From Octopus vulgaris (Eukaryota), in contig OX597826.1 in assembly GCA_951406725.2 (NCBI GenBank), positions 61,814,001 to 61,878,000 of the forward strand: DNA of 64,000 nucleotides, read 5' to 3'. This document shows, in pieces, positions 1 through 13,668 of the stretch (positions are counted from its first letter, which is position 1; every line of letters begins with the position of its first letter). The notes below the pieces were generated by a model. The model was not told the origin of the DNA. It ran no database searches and saw only the letters and a program-made list of their open reading frames with translations. The position numbers and the translations under genes are program-made.

Positions 1-379
1 GTTGTGTTGTATGGGGGTGTGGGAATGTGGGGTAAGGCTGTAGGGGGGTGGTATGTGGAAATGGGGTGTGTAGTATGAGGAAATGGGGTGTGTAGGTGTG
101 GGTGTGTGGTGTTACTGGAGGGGAGCATCAATGAAGAGAGAATGTCGATAGGAGTGAACGGAGGAAGTAGGTGCTAAAGGAAGAAAGGAGAGGTTGGTAG
201 GAGTGAAGAGAGTAAGTAGGTATCAAATGCAGAGCGGAGGGCAGTTGAACCCATGTGGCACAAAAGAGCAAAAAGAGAAGATTAATCCTTGTTCACGGTG
301 CAGTCGGGAGTCCGGATGGACACTGTGCGAAGACAATCCGAACGGAGTCGGTGATACAATAAGGAACAGGATGGGTGCC

Positions 380-1801
380 TGTGAAGATTAAGCCACTTCT
401 TGTCTAGCATTTCGAAAACCCACGAGCATTCAAGTCGCACAAAATCCTGAAGGAGAAGCGGCAGGTCATGTGGAGGGTAAACTTTAAATCTTGGGTCACC
501 AGGCAATTCTCCACCGAGTGAGTCAACCTTATTTTCGGAATAGTATTGAAAAAGTAATTTCTGGAGTGCGATCTTCCTCTCAAGGCCCTCCTCATCCTCG
601 AGAATGTTCCTGCTCACTCCCCTAACTTTGAAGATGATATCCTGGACGAATGTAAATTCATAAAAGTTCTATACCTTTCACGCAACACTACCCCTATTTT
701 GCAGCCCATGGACCAACAGGTGATTTCTAATTTTAAGAAATTGTACACCAAACATCTGTTTGGTCGGTGCCCTGAACTCACCGAAAATACAAATCTAATC
801 ATTCGTGAGTTTTGGAAGAAGAACTACAACATTAACTGCCTGGAAATCATCGATTCGGCCTGGCAGAGTATAGAGAACGTTGAATTCTGCATGAAGAGAA
901 ATGTGACCTGACAGCGTATCCGAAAAAGATGCCGAGGGGTTAGAGTCTGAGACACCTGTAGTTGAGGAGATAGTGTCTCTTGGCAAGTCCATGAGCCGTG
1001 ACATTGATGATGAGGACATTAATGATCTCGTCGAGGAACACCCACAGGAGCTGAAGACAGATGAACTTAAGGAGCAGCAAAATTCGGATTCGGTGGAAGA
1101 GATTGGTTCTCCAGAGGAGGAAAGTGTAGCGGAGAAAGCTATCTCTAAGACTGACATAATGGCAATGTTGGCAAAGTGGCACTATGTTTCTGAATTTTAT
1201 AGCAAAATATCATCCTGAAAATGTATCTACAGGTCGTGCAGCTGCTTTATTCAATGATACCGTCCTGGCGCATTTTCGTAAGAATTTGAAAGGCAGGAAA
1301 AAATCAGTCTTCTCTTGACATGTTTCTAATTAAAAAACTTGTAAGCGTGGAAAGTGAAAAAAAAGTGTGTCCAAAAAGCCTAAATTAAGCGGAGAGAGAA
1401 AACTCCAGAAATTGTTCTTGCTGAAGTCTTAATGGGAGGAGATTCTCGTTCCAAACGATAATCCGACTCCTCTCCACTCCATCGTCTTCGTCCTGCATAC
1501 ATCGTCCCATTTTTAAAGTAATGAAACTAATAAAATCAGTTTACATATTTCTTTTGCATATTCTCTTTTATTATGTTTTCTATAATTGTCATTTTCTTTA
1601 TAACTGCATCGCTTCTGTTTTAAAACCCATAAAAAAATTATTCTTTGGTAGTTTATGGGTGGCGTTGGCAGAGGTGGTGCCGGAACGGATTAATTATGTT
1701 TTAATTAATTTCCATGGGGGAAAATTGATTCGTAAAACCAGTAAATCGTAAAACGAGCTCGGTCATGGAACGAATTAAACTCGTACTGAGAGGTATCATT
1801 G
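380..1801 (+). mobile_element. Decayed, 5'-truncated Tigger/pogo DNA transposon (DDE_1 transposase remnant)
   Basis: Frameshifted KIKPLLV*HFENPRAFK, LKALLILENVPAH, TTPILQPMDQQVISNFKKLYTK (TIGD1/Tigger-type motifs), acidic C-terminus, and a Tigger-like end GAGGTATCATTG followed by TA at about 1790-1803. Confidence 0.88.
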
Positions 1802-1878
1802 TACTTTCTTTCTTTCACTCATTTTCACTTCCTTATTCTTATCGTCATTATCGTCGTCGGCAGCATCGTCATCTCTCT

Positions 1879-1979
<101 letters not shown>

Positions 1980-2149
1980 ATATCTACAAATGTACACACA
2001 CACACGTATACACATATGTGTGTGTGTTTGTGTGTGTGTTTGTGTGTGTAGATTAACATCCCTTCACAACCGCTGTTGGTGTGTTTATCTCCTCGTAACG
2101 TAGCAGCTCGGTGAAAGAATCTGATAGAATAACTGCCAAGCATTAAAAT

Positions 2150-4490
2150 AATGTGGCACAGATCAATTCCTGGTTTGCTGCATTCTCAAACTTCAACTAA
2201 AAATGATTCACTGTGTCAAGCCTCCAGGCGTATCAATGCTACTGTGACCTAGCAGTCAGCCCTCCTTACAGACAACCCTGGAAGGTAATGTTGAGCAGAA
2301 ATGGGACTCTCTCAGGGACACCATCTATAGCACTTCATTAAAGGCTTAGGGTGAAAGGCACAGAATGACTCAAGACTGATTAGAGGCGAATGTAAATGAA
2401 CTCAATGCGCTCATAGAGAGGCGCATTGCTATGTTGAAGCACAAACACCAACCCGAGAGAGCAACGGTGCAAGAATTGAGTTGAGTGAGGGACAACACGC
2501 AGAAGAGAACAAAACGGTGGACAAATGACAACTGGTTAGAATTATGAGAAGTAACTTTCACGGAATGTATGAGTGCATCAAGAAAGTCATCGGCTCAAGC
2601 CAGAACAAGATATGGCTCCGCTCAAATATAGAACGGGGGAAGTCATCGAGGGCAAAAAAGAGCAATTGGAGAGATGGGTGGAGCATTACTCCAAACTCTA
2701 CGCCAGGGAAAACAATATCTCGAAAGGTGCGCTAGACACTGTTGAACACCTACCCGTCATGGTGGAACTGAATACATTGCTGACTGCTGGAAAGCTGAAC
2801 AGATTCATCGATGGCTTCCCCAATTGGAAGGCACCAGGATAGGACGGCCCCCACCAGAAGCCATTAAGTGGGCAAAGGGAGTTCTACTCAGCCACTTACT
2901 GAAACTACTATGTCCATGCTGGGAGGAGGAAACAGTTCTGCAAGACATGAGAAAGTGCAACATTGTCATTCTCTATAAAACAAAGGGAACAGAAGCGATT
3001 ACAATAGCTACCGAAGCATCTCACTGCTAAGCATCGTCGGGAAGGTCTTTGCCCGCGTGTTCCTGAACAGATTACCGAAAATTGCCGAGAGCGTACACCT
3101 GAATCTCAGTCCGGTTTCAGGTTAGTACATTCCTCCATCAACGTGGTCTCTCTTCGACAGCTACAGGAGGAATGCTGAGAGCAACGGTAACCACTCTACT
3201 CCACCTTCTTTGATCTCACAAAGCCTTTCGACCTAATGAGTAGAGACGGTCTTTTCAAAATCACAGCCAAGATTGACTGTCATCCAAGACCTCTCAGGAT
3301 ACTTCAATCGTTTCATGCGGATATGAAAGGCGTCGTTCAGTTTGTTAGTCCATCTTCCAAGTTCAACGTATGCAGCTGTGAAGCAGGGAAATGAGTTTAT
3401 CCTTACCTTATTCGGTGTCTTTCCGTTGTCATACTGAAACTCGCATTTGGTCAACTGATGGTGTCTACTTTCACGTCAGATCAGACGGAAAGCAGTTTAG
3501 TTTATCGAGGCAAAAGCTAAATCGAGTATCCATCAAAAACTCATCGGAGAAATACTGTTTGCGGACGATGCGGCATTGACAGTGCACTCTGAGAAGCAAA
3601 TGCAGCGTTTCGTACATAAATTCTCAAGGGCCTGCCAGCAATTCAGCTTGACTATTGTATTGAAGAAAACCAACATACTGGGCCAAGGTGTGAAGCACAC
3701 GACACCACCATTGTCACCATCAACAACTACGAGATGGAGGTAGTTCATGAATTCACCTACCTCTCCTGGGACCCTGAGATCAGCGGGCGAGTTGGACAAG
3801 CGTCCTCGATATTTGTAAGGCTGGTGAAGAAAGTTTGTTAGAACAGAAAACTGACCTCAAACACCAAGCTTCAGTGCATGCGCCATCAGCACATTATTCT
3901 ACAGCAGCGTGATATGGAGACTCCGCTCCAGACACGAGTGGCATCTCAGTATCTTCAACCTTGGTAGCCTGGGACGCATCTTGGGTATCAAGAGGACCGG
4001 CCGAGTCCCCAGAACGGAAATCCTCAACCGCGCCAAAAATACGCAAAATATTCACCCTGATTCAACAACGCTGTCTGTACTGACTTGGTCACGTATATTG
4101 TATGCCGGACGAGAGGATCTCAAAAGACATCCTATATGGTAAACTGGCCACCGGTACAAGACACGAGGACGACCTCATCTTCGTTTGAAAGAATTCTGCA
4201 AGCGAGATATGAAATCAGTTGATGTTCTGAGATTGGAGAGCAGCAAGGGGATCGAGAGAAGGGAAGAGAAACTGAAACTTGCCATGGATTGAAAAAAAAA
4301 ACAAGTGCGTGTGAAGACAGGAAAAGCTCAGTAGGCCCGGTGGAGAGTAACTTCAAATGCAGTCGCTGTATGCAGGAACACCACTCTCGTGTGTGCCTGT
4401 ACCGTCGCGACAGACGCTGTGCCGCCATCAGCAGCTACCACAAAATTCTCCAGGCGCAAACACATGATCTTTCCTAAGAGACAAATGTCT
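2150..4490 (+). mobile_element. Decayed 5'-truncated RTE-clade LINE (reverse transcriptase pseudogene)
   Basis: Interrupted RT motifs: ISLLSIVGKVFARV, PESQSGFR, LRQLQEEC, FFDLTKAFD, VKQG, LFADDAAL (about 3555-3578), LYGKLATG..RGRPHLR, and a C-terminal CxxC..SR..L zinc-finger-like segment typical of RTE. Confidence 0.9.
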
Positions 4491-4981
4491 ATCATACACT
4501 CACACACATACGTCCTAACATATGAACGTTTTTTTTTGTATATTCGGGTATCTATAACAATGCTAGCCAAAGTTTGGATTATGATTTACGTTTAGTGATT
4601 AATTTCACTCGTGCAAATATGTCGCCCACACACACACGCGTACGCGCAGGCAGTAGCATTTACTAACATACGAAGACCTATATACATACTCAAACAAACG
4701 AATTGTATATAGACACATTTATACGCCATTCATATTATTATAGACATTTGCATACATAAATATGAATATTAATAAAGGGTTTTGTGTTATGATACTAAAT
4801 CCGTTTACATTATTTATAAATACAGGGCTAAAAATAGTCCGTCTGTCTCTAGACATGTATGGATGCATAATGTATAATGCATAAATATATGAATGAGCTA
4901 TTATATCAACCTATCTGTCAATCTGTCCTGATTTCTCCCTCTTCCTTCCTGTCTATCTGATTGTCATGCACCCCACCACAC

Positions 4982-5032
<51 letters not shown>

Positions 5033-5241
5033 TGTCTGTGTGTGTGTGATTAAATATATCATATTACTCATACACACATATAAATTATTATATATGATGA
5101 ATATGACAGCATATATATATCATATTATATAATATATCTATCTATCTATATATATATATATAACTAATATATAACTCTATATATATGTATATATATTTAT
5201 ATATATCTATATAAATATATATGCATATATATATAATATAA

Positions 5242-5288
<47 letters not shown>

Positions 5289-5709
5289 CTACATATATAG
5301 ATATGCATATAACTATATAAGAGAAATATGACGAACAAAATGTTATGTACAGCAATATTCTAGCTTCATATTTGTTATATAGAATTTTCATATTTTCCTA
5401 TAAGTTCCTCATAGTTTCTTTGAAACATTAACTACCCAAATCCATCATTGACTAAATTTTCTAGTTTTGTGTCTGGAATTTTATACTGTGAAGAATGGAA
5501 AGACGTAATTTTAGTCAGTATTTTCAGTGGTAATAAATATATTCTGTATTGATTGCTGTATTGAAGATGAAGTTTTTTTGCTCTCTATTTCAATGAATGT
5601 ACACATAATTATACATGTATGTGCGTGCGTGTATATTTGTGTGTCATATACATACATATATACATATACATATACATATATATATATATATATATACATA
5701 TATGCTATA

Positions 5710-5741
<32 letters not shown>

Positions 5742-5811
5742 CATACATTTATATATGTATATGTATATCTATATATATACATATATATATATACATATAT
5801 ATATTTATATA

Positions 5812-5869
<58 letters not shown>

Positions 5870-5959
5870 AGTTCTTACATTTACTTTGCGTTTATTACAG
5901 AATTTTAACTTGTCATCTTTTTTTCATTCATTATTCCAGCCACCCATAAAATTTTCAGT

Positions 5960-6150
<191 letters not shown>

Positions 6151-6357
6151 TACACACACACATATCAACATGTGGATGCGTATATCTATACGTCTATACA
6201 GTTAAAGCCTCGAAAGTTATAGAAAAGCCACCCAGGCATTCATGGCATTTGTCTTATTCAAAATATAAATAGTAACTCTCCTGTATTAGATTTAACCTAA
6301 TACATCTTCATTTACATTCACATACGCACAGACACACACAAGTCTGGATGCATACAA

Positions 6358-6418
<61 letters not shown>

Positions 6419-6654
6419 TGTGTCTGTGTGCGTACATACACATAAGTATATATGTGTGCGCATAAACGTACACAGATATATATATATATATGTAAAAACA
6501 TATATACATTCATATACATATACACATATTGGATGTGTTTGTGTATTTATATATATATATATAAAACATATAAATCAATGAAATATAATGATGGCTAAAC
6601 CGTGGTCACAATAGAAAAAATCTTGTCTTTAATATTATCGTAAATACAACCATA

Positions 6655-6870
6655 TATCTAATATGGTGTATCGATCAAATGTGACGTGGCGATTAAATTT
6701 CAAATAATGCCAATGAAGTATATACAAAATCTAGTGATAAAGTCTATACGAATCACATCGGAGCGGCGTAAAAGAGGCAGTTCGCAAGTAACAGTTTACG
6801 TTCTAAAAATGTTGCTGTAAGTCTAGAAAGATTGACGATACGACGTTACTGGTCTAATCAAACCGTAAAT
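6655..6870 (+). mobile_element. Possible highly decayed Penelope GIY-YIG fragment
   Basis: Translates SNMVYRSNVT, resembling the NIVYxAxVT motif seen in clearer copies in this window; little else is recognisable. Confidence 0.25.
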
Positions 6871-7780
6871 CATACAAAAATAGAGGAAAATGTGATTGAA
6901 ATAGAAAACATAGATGTGATTAATATTGGGAACATAGAAGTTTTACCAGCACATGTCTAAAAAAGTGCTTCCCATATATTACAAGAATGTATAAGAATAT
7001 ATAGGATGCACGGAATATCTGAGGACACTTGATTATCGGTATATTTCTCACTTCAAACCAATTCAATGTTTTTAGTTCTTTCAAATAGCACTTTAGTAAA
7101 AAATGGTAACACAACAAATGAACAGATACGCCGTCATTGTTGCCATATATGTGGAACATGGCGACTTAAAATTTGTAAGATCCTTTATGTACAAATTTCG
7201 GATTGAAGTGAAAGCCTCTGGTGGTGATGTATCAAAGAGGAAAAAAACATTCTGAACATTCGAACATTATAACGACACTGCAATTCATCTAACGGATTCA
7301 AGACGTTATCGCTGATGATCCCCGAAGATCAATGAGGGTCGTCACCACGGATCTTTAGTGGTCGGATTGTAATATCTGAAGTGCGGTCTCAGGAGGATAC
7401 TTGATACAAGTATTTATTGCAGCGCGAGTTGTTCACGTTTATAAAGACTCAGAAAAACGCGTCACACAGTTACTTAACAAGTTTCGAACTAGGAAAGAAC
7501 ATCGCATGCTTTGGTCTTTCTCTGATAAGAAAAAACGTCAACCAAGATCAAATCATGACTAATGATAGAAGGTTGTGTGCAGACCTTTCCGATCTTCATA
7601 CATTTGTATAATTAAATCTCCAAATACGCTCACAATTTATTCTCGCACCATGCATACATACGTACACACAAACACACGCACATACACACGCACACACACA
7701 CACACACACAAACACATGCACATACACACGCACACATACATACACACACGCGCACGCACACACACACACACATATATATG

Positions 7781-7927
7781 TGGAGGCGCAATGGCCTAGT
7801 GGCTAGGGCAGCGGACTCGCGGTCGTAGGATCGCGGCTTCGATTCCCAGACCGGGCGTTGTGAGTGTTTATTGAGCGAAAACACCTAAAAGCTCCACGAG
7901 TCTCCGGCAGGGGGTGGTGATCCCTGC
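7781..7927 (+). mobile_element. tRNA-derived SINE, family C (3'-truncated)
   Basis: A box TGGCCTAGTGG, B box GCTTCGATTCC, tRNA-like head; near-identical to 35694-35845. Confidence 0.85.
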
Positions 7928-8179
7928 ATGTAGAATTTTGTAATCAGGTGTGTATATCTAGGTGTGTGCTTTCCAGCCCACAGGAGATCACAGAATGTAG
8001 CTAGGTTCAACGTCTGTATTGGCCAGCATATTTGATTTGAGAATGTTAAAGGTTTTGCAATTAGGTGTGTTTTTAAGTATGTTAAATTGGTGGTAATGGG
8101 GATTTAATTTTTTTTTTTTTTAAGAAAATAAGTAGATACGTTTTGCACTGTTAGCAATCTATTATTATGATTTTTCACC

Positions 8180-9690
8180 TGTTTCTCTTGAGAGTATGTT
8201 GCTTATCACTTAAGCATGTCATAGTGATATTAATATGGAAAAGTTTAAACCTATACGGTCTGCAGATGATATACCTAAATATTCGCACCTGCTTACAAAT
8301 TTCTACCTGCATCAATAAATTCTAAATATTAGCATATCCCCAAATAAGAGCTAAGTTCCGACGTAAGTGCTTTCGTAAAATTATTTGAAAAACAAGAAAA
8401 TATGCAGCAACACACTACATTTCTCTATGAAAAACATACCAATATGAACTTAAAAATTTACATTAAAACATTACTGCAAAAAAGAAAGAAAATAACCAAC
8501 GTTTTATCAGAAGACGTAGATGGAGAACGTACCACTATGGAGAAAAGCGCAACAACCTACCCATAACTACGAATTTAAGACAGTCAAATATCCGTCACCC
8601 AATCTATCTATTGTTTCAATACTTTGAATCAATGATTTGGTTGGTGACCTTTGACCCTGTTCGCAATGATCAAGCAAACCAACGAACTGCAGAAAGAAAG
8701 AAATCGGAAAATTGATCAAATATGAACAAGCATATATGTGATCATAAAATTGGTCACGACAAAAAACCTATGCCGCCTAAGTCAGACTAATTATAACCGT
8801 TTTCTAAGGCAATCTGCATCACATACAAATAAACAAAATATGCAGCCTTAAATAATATAAATACTACATCCAAAAGCAAACTCAACATCAACTCAATGGA
8901 GTAACATATACGGAGTAATATATTGGTTTAATAAGATCCCAAAGAAAAATGAAAATCATTTCTTCCAGCTTGGTATCAAGTCAACAGCAAAGCCTATACT
9001 TGTGGCTGTTTTGAACTCCGATACAGTAACATTAATAAACGGTATTGAAAGAGATACAATTTTACAAGCAATGAAATCCCTCCTCTTCCAGAACAATGCT
9101 TTCTGAATTAGAAAAATACACTGAAGAACGTTGTGAAGTAAGCGTACGATCAAAGAACCCTGTAAAGTTAAGCGACATCATCAGGCTTTATACATTTGAA
9201 AACTGAGGCAACAAATTTTCATTCGTCTCAGGTGCTCTCTACATGGACGATGGTCTACTAAGAAACTACTACCCATAAAAACTCGTAAATATAGGAAAGA
9301 ACATAATTTCTTTAGAAACGTGGGCTTCTCCATTACTGTAGAAACGCAACTAAAATCTCTCAACGTTATCGATGTTACACACGACTTACAATCCACTATC
9401 TACAAACCATACAAGAAAGCGAAAAAATCCAGTATATTCATAGATAATCCAACCACTCTTAAGGCATAATTAAAAAACTAGTAAGAAACATATCTCAAAT
9501 ACTTTCTTCTTTATCTTCTAATGAAAAAATAGTCAACAAATGCCAACCACATACAACGAAGTTCTCGATAATAACAACTGCAAGGAAGAAGGGAAATATA
9601 TATCCACCAGCAAATCCACAATAATTAGAAGAAATGGTACAATAGAAAAAAGATTATCAGGTTCAATTCCCGCCTTCAACATACAAGCCT
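8180..9690 (+). mobile_element. Decayed Penelope-like retroelement (RT region)
   Basis: YEFKTVKYP, ILQAMKSLLFQNN, LYMDDGL (9237-9257, YxDD catalytic motif), ITVETQLKSLNVIDVT, YKPYKK..YIH..SNH...IIK, KIIRFN; order and wording match Penelope RT/thumb. Confidence 0.85.
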
Positions 9691-10086
9691 TCATCACGTG
9701 TTAACAGCATGTGACAGTCAAGCTCAAAATGACAGCTTCCAAATCCTGTTTTCTGAGTAGGTGAAAATGATCAAACTTTAAAACTCTTTAACTTCTTTAA
9801 AAAAAAATTCTGGGAAAAGTGAAATATCTCCTGAGATGCACCTTGGAAACCTATATTAATGTACCAAGTTCTAAAATGTTCAATAAAATTTGAATTTTCG
9901 GAATTTGGCTATCAAACTGATAAGATCCCTTTCTTATTCATATTTATAATGAATCGTTAGTATTATTCAATATTACTCACATGTTTTTTTCTATTTGTGA
10001 CGAGAGGGTAATAGTAGTTTAGTGAGGTGTGTGTAATCATTCAATCATTATACTTCTATATTTCACGACAACATTATATATATATA

Positions 10087-10475
10087 GGCGTAGGAGTGGC
10101 TGTGTGGGTAAGTAGCTTGCTTACCAGCCACCTGGTTCCGGGTTCAGTCCCACTGCGTGGCACCTTGGGCAAGTGTCTTCTACTATAGCCTCGGGCCGAC
10201 CAAAGCCTTGTGAGTGGATTTGGTAGACGGAAACTGAAAGAAGCCCGTCATATATATGTATATATGTGTGTATGTGCGTATGTGTATGTTTGTGGGTGTC
10301 TCTGTTTGTCCTTTACCATCGCTTGACAACCGATGTTGGTGTTTTTACGTCCCCGTAACTTAGCAGTTCGTCAAAAGAGCCCGATAGAATAAGTACAAGT
10401 CGATTTGCTCGACTAAAGGCGGTGCTCCAGCATGGCCACAGTCACATGATTGAAACGAGTAAAAGACTAAAAGAC
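10087..10475 (+). mobile_element. tRNA-derived SINE, family A, with internal TA/TG microsatellite
   Basis: GGCGTAGGAGTGGCTGTGTGG...GGTTCAGTCCC...ACCTTGGGCAAGT...GCTCCAGCATGGCC...TAAAAGA tail; more than 12 copies in the window. Confidence 0.9.
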
Positions 10476-10913
10476 GGCATTATTCTCATATATCTTAGTA
10501 TCTAGAATTTTTTCATGTTGTACTGTGTAGTGCACTGCAGTTACTCTGGTTCTAAAGCAATAGTGAGCCTATGGGTGACAAGTTTTCTCGTAAGGCAAAT
10601 GTAACAACAGGATACGTGAAATTTACAACTTTCGCTTTTACAGTCGAATACATAAATCACATTCGTCATTTGTAGCTTGTTTCTCGGATTTATTAGCTTA
10701 TCCAACAACAGTCATCGATTACATGACTTCAAATCAGCATACACATACACATATGTATATATATGAGTGCATATATGTGTGTGTGGACGTGTGGATGTAT
10801 ATGCATATATATGTGTATATATATATATATGTATGTGTGTGTATATCGCGTGTATATATAAATGTGTACATAACAATTATATATATATATAAATATATAT
10901 TCACATATAAACA

Positions 10914-10976
<63 letters not shown>

Positions 10977-11301
10977 CTATATGCATATAAGAACAAAATT
11001 TAAAAGGAATTATTTAGATAGCATTCCTGTACACACACGCTCACACACATACACTTACACACATATACATGCCCCCCCCCACACATATGTATATATTGCA
11101 TACATTCCAATAATACTTCCAAATTAATGCTTTCAGCAATATAAATTTCGACAGCATTAACAGTAATCCTTTACCAATAATATCAATCTATTTCCCGTTA
11201 CCATCTCCACAAATAGTATAAAAGAATCTATCTTCACGAATACCACCACTGCCACAAGCATTCCTAGGTCTTTCATCATCATCATCATTATCAGCATCCT
11301 C

Positions 11302-11335
<34 letters not shown>

Positions 11336-11754
11336 CACCACATACAACAACAGCAAAAACAACAACAATAAGAGATTCAACAACAGCAGCATCAACAACG
11401 GTAACTATATAATAACCGTTTGAAAATTAGGTAACTGGAGGGTTTCTAAATGTTCAATGGAATTACTAAGAATAGCAGATATATCACACCTGAACAATTT
11501 TTTATATAAAAGGACAACGTTGGAGACGATACTTCTCGATGTCAAAAAAACCAAAAACCAAACAAAAAAAAAGAGAGGAAAATCAAAAGAACTGCCACGG
11601 TTTGAGCTGGGATATATTTTGATCATATGTCTGACTTGTTCACATCTATGATTAACATAGCCAGCAGGCAACGTCAAACACGCTCACTCACAAACGCCGA
11701 CACATGCATATGTATGTCAATGCATTTATGTAGCTACATACACACATATATATG

Positions 11755-11787
<33 letters not shown>

Positions 11788-11824
11788 GTATATTTATATA
11801 TATATATATATATACACACAAACT

Positions 11825-11863
<39 letters not shown>

Positions 11864-12477
11864 ATAAAAATATGTATACACATACATATACATGCATATA
11901 TATATGTATTATATATATATGTGTATACTTACACAGATAAACACACACATTTATATTCATGCACATACAACACACATCCACGCACACACGCATGCACATA
12001 CACACACATTCACATACACATACACACACATATTTATGTATACGTATATGTATGTAGGAATGCGTACATATGTATACAGGTAGTGAGTCATACGAAATCA
12101 GGTATCAAAGGCTCAATGACTAAACAGCATTCCGGTAACAATCGTGACATCAACATTGTCATAAGAGCCAACATCAATGAAAACAGCCGTAATAACACTT
12201 TAAACACTAATGCAGATTAAATTGATACTCATGTAATTTCTGTATGAATTGTGTAAATGGTTATGTGTTTTAAATGGATAAACACTGAATACATAACTCC
12301 ATATTTTTGCCAATTCTTGCCATAGGATTATATATATATAAAGCCTGAAAAGACACTATTTCGTTAAATATGCGACTGTTCTTGTATATATTACGTATGT
12401 AGGAATATATGAATGTTTGCATTTATACATATTTATGTGTGTGTGTGTTCATCTATACATTTAAATGCGTATGAAGT

Positions 12478-12490
12478 ATGTATGTATATG

Positions 12491-12522
<32 letters not shown>

Positions 12523-12536
12523 TGTATGTATGTATG

Positions 12537-12605
<69 letters not shown>

Positions 12606-12970
12606 ATATATATATAAGTAGGACATTCCGCAATATGACTAAAGAGGCAATTGGCTGCGAATGAACCGCGTATCTTGTTTAGTCCTGTTTGCCGTTGTCA
12701 TGCTATCGTCCTTTTTTCCGCATATTGTGTTTTCACAGTTTTCGTTTGTTGTGTTTTGTTTCTGTTCTACCTGTTATATATATGTATGCATGTATGTATG
12801 TATGTATGTCTGTATGTATGTATGTATGTGTGTATGTATGTATGTATGTATGTATGTATGTCTGTATGTATGTATGTATGTATGTATGTATGTATGTATG
12901 TATGTATGTATGTATGTTTGTATGTATGTGTGTATGTATGTATGTATGTATGTATGTATGCATGTATGTA
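12478..12970. repeat. (TATG)n/(TC)n/(TA)n microsatellite cluster
   Basis: Directly visible; source of the MYVC/HTYI pseudo-ORFs. Confidence 0.95.
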
Positions 12971-13543
12971 TAAAGGTAATCATTGCTATATAAACTGGAG
13001 TTTTCAAATGACTGTTTCCTTTCATTGTCTGTATTTATTTTAATATATGTATGCGATTTATGTTCAGTTTGTGGTTGCGCCCATGTTATTTTATGTCTTA
13101 TGACAGAATTTATTGTATTTTGATATTATCATTCAACTACAGCAGTAGTTGAATAATATTCTTAAGGCCACAATTTACTCAAACGCATCATCTTTCAGAG
13201 CTTGTCGCTTAACATTTTTGAAGATGACTGGTCCCTAGCTACATTTTGGCATAAAACAATTGAGATTGGATCCAGCAGAGAAAAGTTTACATCAACATTT
13301 TTAGCAATGATAAAAGAAAGCATGAAAAATTTCAGTTTAGTTCCCATGCAAAAAAATTTGCATCAAAAATGTAAGGAATTGGATTTAAGGCAAAAAATTG
13401 GATATAAGTAAAATTAGATTTTTTATTCTAAAAACAAACTATATTTTAGTTAAGCCTAAATTCGAGGAATTTAATAGTATCAGTTCATGCAAAGAAGTTT
13501 TAAAAGAAAATGTTATGGGTGTTTTTTCTCGAATTTGAGGGTG

Positions 13544-13589
<46 letters not shown>

Positions 13590-13668
13590 AATAATATATA
13601 ATTATATATAATATATAATTATATATATATATATATATAATTATATTAAAACCATGTAAGTGTGCGTA

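Noticed and set aside
1-120. G-rich GGGGTGTG tract as telomeric repeat or G-quadruplex element
   Set aside because: Irregular low-complexity sequence truncated by the window edge; not TTAGGG.
7781-7860. Functional tRNA genes (also at 27950-28026, 35694-35775, 50015-50090)
   Set aside because: tRNA-like heads run into repeated SINE bodies; cloverleaf stems are imperfect.
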